A DNA stretch of 10,462 bases from a virus (lineage: Duplodnaviria > Heunggongvirae > Uroviricota > Caudoviricetes), in IMG/VR virus record IMGVR_UViG_2703718824_000015; one strand, 5' to 3'. Below, in pieces: positions 7,877-10,462 of this stretch. The notes beneath the pieces were generated by a model. The model was not told the DNA's origin. It searched no databases and was given only the letters and a program-made list of their open reading frames with translations. The first letter of the stretch is position 1; every line of letters begins with the position of its first letter. The translations under genes and the position numbers were made by a program.

Positions 7877-8045
7877 GCGGGAACAAAACCGCCTTATCCG
7901 TGGACTTATAAGGCAGCGTGACGCATGGAAGACACAGGAAACAGGGCATAAAGATAAAGCGTCAGGACGTGCAGAACGCATCACAGCGAAGCGATTAACC
8001 GACCGTGACCGCGAGGTTATGGAATGTTTCCGCAATCGCTGGTGA
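7860..8045 (+). CDS. hypothetical small basic protein (about 61 aa), overlapping the 3' end of the HNH gene
   Basis: ORF in a different frame from HNH (ATG at 7860 or 7869); Arg/Lys-rich product (...NEREQNRLIRGLIRQRDAWKTQETGHKDKASGRAERITAKRLTDRDREVMECFRNRW); no motif recognised, may be spurious. Confidence 0.3.
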   Translation: MTLMNEREQNRLIRGLIRQRDAWKTQETGHKDKASGRAERITAKRLTDRDREVMECFRNRW

Positions 8046-8165
8046 TGCTGTATGACGGGGTGGGGGGCGTTTTCAGGACAAACCCGACCCCGCCGGGCAC
8101 CGAACGCCTCCTCAAATTTTTATGCACGGGAATTTTTTGAAAAATAATCTGGCGAAAAAATAAGC
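8046..8165. other. candidate cos / packaging-initiation region between the HNH and terS genes
   Basis: Noncoding 120 bp with G-run GACGGGGTGGGGGGCG (8054-8069) and imperfect partner CCCGACCCCGCCGGG (8083-8097), flanked by AT-rich tracts; position matches cos in HK97-like phages; purely positional and compositional. Confidence 0.25.
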
Positions 8166-8522
8166 ATGGCAAGACCACCGAAAGCCCCCGCCTACCTGGA
8201 TGATATCGCCGTGAAGCAGTGGCGGGAAAAATCGCGGCAGCTTGCGGAACGGGGTGACCTGACCCCCGCCGACTGGAGTAATCTGGAACTGTATTGCGTC
8301 AATTACTCGATATACCGGAAAGCCGTCGCAGACCTTGCGGCGCGCGGGTTCAGCATTGTTAACAGTCAGGGCGGAGAGAGCAGAAACCCCGCATTAAGCG
8401 CGAAATCCGACGCGGAAAGAGTGATGATAAAAATGGCCTCCTTGCTCGGTTTTGACCCGATAAGCCGCCGTAAAAATCCACCGGAAACAGAAGAAGAGGA
8501 CGAGCTTGACCGCCTGGAATAA
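8166..8522 (+). CDS. terS: terminase small subunit (P27 family-like)
   Basis: 118 aa; resembles P27-family small terminase, including the N-terminal region and acidic C-terminus (EEEDELDRLE); directly upstream of and overlapping the large terminase gene. Confidence 0.8.
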   Translation: MARPPKAPAYLDDIAVKQWREKSRQLAERGDLTPADWSNLELYCVNYSIYRKAVADLAARGFSIVNSQGGESRNPALSAKSDAERVMIKMASLLGFDPISRRKNPPETEEEDELDRLE

Positions 8523-10167
8523 GTACGCAGAAGACGTAAAAACGGGCAAAATTCCGGCCTGTAAACGGCTGAAACAGGCCGTTAAACGGTACTTTTCGGA
8601 CCTTGAAAGCCCCCTTTACACGTTCGATCGTGAGGTTGTGGAGCGGTTTATTGCCTTTTCCAGGGTGTGCCCGCACGTAAAAGGGCCGATGCGTGGCAGA
8701 CCCATTGAGCTGGAGCCGTGGCAGCAGTTCGCCTTTGCGTGCATCCTCGGCTTTAAGGTTAAGGCCACCGGACGGCGCAAATACACGAGCGCCTTTATCG
8801 AAGTGCCGCGCAAAAATGCGAAATCCACGACCGCCGCGATTCTGGCTAACTGGTTTCTGATTATGGAGAACGGGCAGCAGGATATTTACACCGCAGCGGT
8901 GAGCCGTGACCAGGCGCGGATCGTTTTTGATGATGCGCGTCAGATGTGCCTTTTATCCCGACCGTTACGCAGGCGGGTGAATATTCAGGCCCACAAGGTG
9001 ATGCACCCGAAAAGCAACAGCCTGTTAAAGCCGCTGGCAGCAAAAGCGGCAACCATCGAGGGAACAAACCCCAGCCTTTCCATCGTGGACGAATACCACC
9101 TACACCCCGATAACGGCGTTTATTCCGCGCTTGAGCTGGGGATGGGCGCACGTCCCGAAGGGCTGTTATTTGCCATTACCACATCGGGCAGTAACGTCGT
9201 TTCAACCTGTAAACAGCACTATGATTATTGCTGCCAGATCCTGGACGGCGAAGAGGTCAACGATTCAATTTTTGTGCTGATTTACGAGCTGGACGACGAA
9301 AACGAGGTTGATGATCCGGCGATGTGGATAAAGGCTAACCCTAACATCGATGTTTCCGTGGATCGTGAAAAACTGGCCTCAACCATCCAGAAAGCGCGGG
9401 GTATTCCGTCGCAATGGGTGGAGATGATGACAAAGCGATTTAATATCTGGTGCCAGGGGGCTACCCCGTGGATGGGTAACGGCGCATGGGCTGAGTGTGC
9501 CGGAACGTTCACGGAGGAAGATTTACACGGGCAGGAGTGTTACGCGGGGCTGGACTTATCATCAACCAGCGATATTTCCAGCGTGTGCTATGCCTTTCCG
9601 GTCGGTAAAAATATCATGCTGGTTTCCCGTCATTATCTGCCGGAGTTCCAGCTACAGAACCCCGCCAATAAAAACCGCGCTGTCTATCGCCAGTGGGCTA
9701 AAGCGGGCTGGATACGCACAACGCCAGGTGACTGCATTGATTACGACCGGATCAGAGATGACATCATGCAGGATGCGGAGAAATTTAATATCAGGCTGGT
9801 GGGCTTTGATACGTGGAACGCCACGCATCTCAGGACGCAATTACAGGGGGCTGGTTTTGAGGTGGAGCCGTTCCCGCAAACCTACCTCAGATTCAGTCCG
9901 GCGGCGAAATCGTTCGAAGTTTTTGTTAACCGCAGGGTGATTGTGCATCGTGGCGATCCGGTGTTGTCCTGGTCGATGAGTAACGTCGTGATGCAGAGTG
10001 ACGCGAACGCCAATATCAAGCCGAACAAGAAAAAATCACCGAACAAGATAGACCCGAGCGTGGCGGCGCTGATGGCGTTTGGTACATTCCAGGCAGAGCA
10101 TGAGGATTTTGCTTTTGATATAAGCGACAGCCACCGCCAGAAACTGGAAGAATTTAGCGGGGTGTAA
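8506..10167 (+). CDS. terL: terminase large subunit (Terminase_1 family)
   Basis: 553 aa; N-terminal YAEDVKTGKIPACKRLKQAVKRYFSDLE typical of large terminases, deviant Walker A (VPRKNAKST), C-terminal nuclease-like region; likely TTG start at 8506 with AAGAGGA SD 6 nt upstream, overlapping the terS 3' end. Confidence 0.9.
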   Translation: MTAWNKYAEDVKTGKIPACKRLKQAVKRYFSDLESPLYTFDREVVERFIAFSRVCPHVKGPMRGRPIELEPWQQFAFACILGFKVKATGRRKYTSAFIEVPRKNAKSTTAAILANWFLIMENGQQDIYTAAVSRDQARIVFDDARQMCLLSRPLRRRVNIQAHKVMHPKSNSLLKPLAAKAATIEGTNPSLSIVDEYHLHPDNGVYSALELGMGARPEGLLFAITTSGSNVVSTCKQHYDYCCQILDGEEVNDSIFVLIYELDDENEVDDPAMWIKANPNIDVSVDREKLASTIQKARGIPSQWVEMMTKRFNIWCQGATPWMGNGAWAECAGTFTEEDLHGQECYAGLDLSSTSDISSVCYAFPVGKNIMLVSRHYLPEFQLQNPANKNRAVYRQWAKAGWIRTTPGDCIDYDRIRDDIMQDAEKFNIRLVGFDTWNATHLRTQLQGAGFEVEPFPQTYLRFSPAAKSFEVFVNRRVIVHRGDPVLSWSMSNVVMQSDANANIKPNKKKSPNKIDPSVAALMAFGTFQAEHEDFAFDISDSHRQKLEEFSGV

Positions 10168-10180
10168 TGAGGTCAGCAGC

Positions 10181-10462
10181 ATGACAGAAGCCGAAATAAC
10201 GGGATTAATCCGCCGCGTTGCCGGAATCAGCCAGCAGGCTGACGAACAGGCCACGCAGCCGGACAGCGTGACAGCCGAAAACTATGCGCGTGTTGTTGCT
10301 GAGGTGATGCGCCGTGATGGTATAGAACTTAATGGCGTGGATATGCGCAACATACGAACCAGAGTTCTTGAGTTGCTGGCCTACCGTCGCCGTGTGGAGA
10401 TGTATCGGGAGAAGGAGAAAATAACGTACCACTGGAAGAAGCCGGAGCGGTTGCGGCGGTAA
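10181..10462 (+). CDS. hypothetical protein (93 aa) downstream of terL
   Basis: ATG at 10181 with GAGG SD about 8 nt upstream; complete ORF ending TAA at the window edge; no motif recognised. Confidence 0.45.
   Translation: MTEAEITGLIRRVAGISQQADEQATQPDSVTAENYARVVAEVMRRDGIELNGVDMRNIRTRVLELLAYRRRVEMYREKEKITYHWKKPERLRR

Noticed and set aside
9497-9940. 147-aa plus-strand ORF inside terL in another frame
   Set aside because: Arg/Ser-rich, low-complexity translation typical of an out-of-frame read of a coding region; the terL frame is clearly the real one.

Overview
The window is a single-strand (+), tightly packed mobile-element segment with two modules. Module 1 (about 240-3520) is a P4/PICI-type replication module: a small unknown ORF translationally coupled to a 584-aa primase/SF3-helicase-type replication initiator, then an iteron-rich putative origin, then a three-gene operon (unknown 92 aa, SSB-like OB-fold protein, PerC-family activator). 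Module 2 (about 3830-10170) is an HK97-type head and DNA-packaging module in a non-canonical order: major capsid protein, prohead protease, portal, head-closure protein, gp6-like head-tail connector, HNH endonuclease, terminase small subunit, terminase large subunit. No tail, lysis, integrase or RNA genes are visible in the window. Taken together this looks most like a capsid-forming phage-inducible chromosomal island (cf-PICI-like satellite), which makes its own capsids and packaging machinery and would depend on a helper phage for tails. All calls rest on reading the translated ORFs and motifs by eye; no database search was run.
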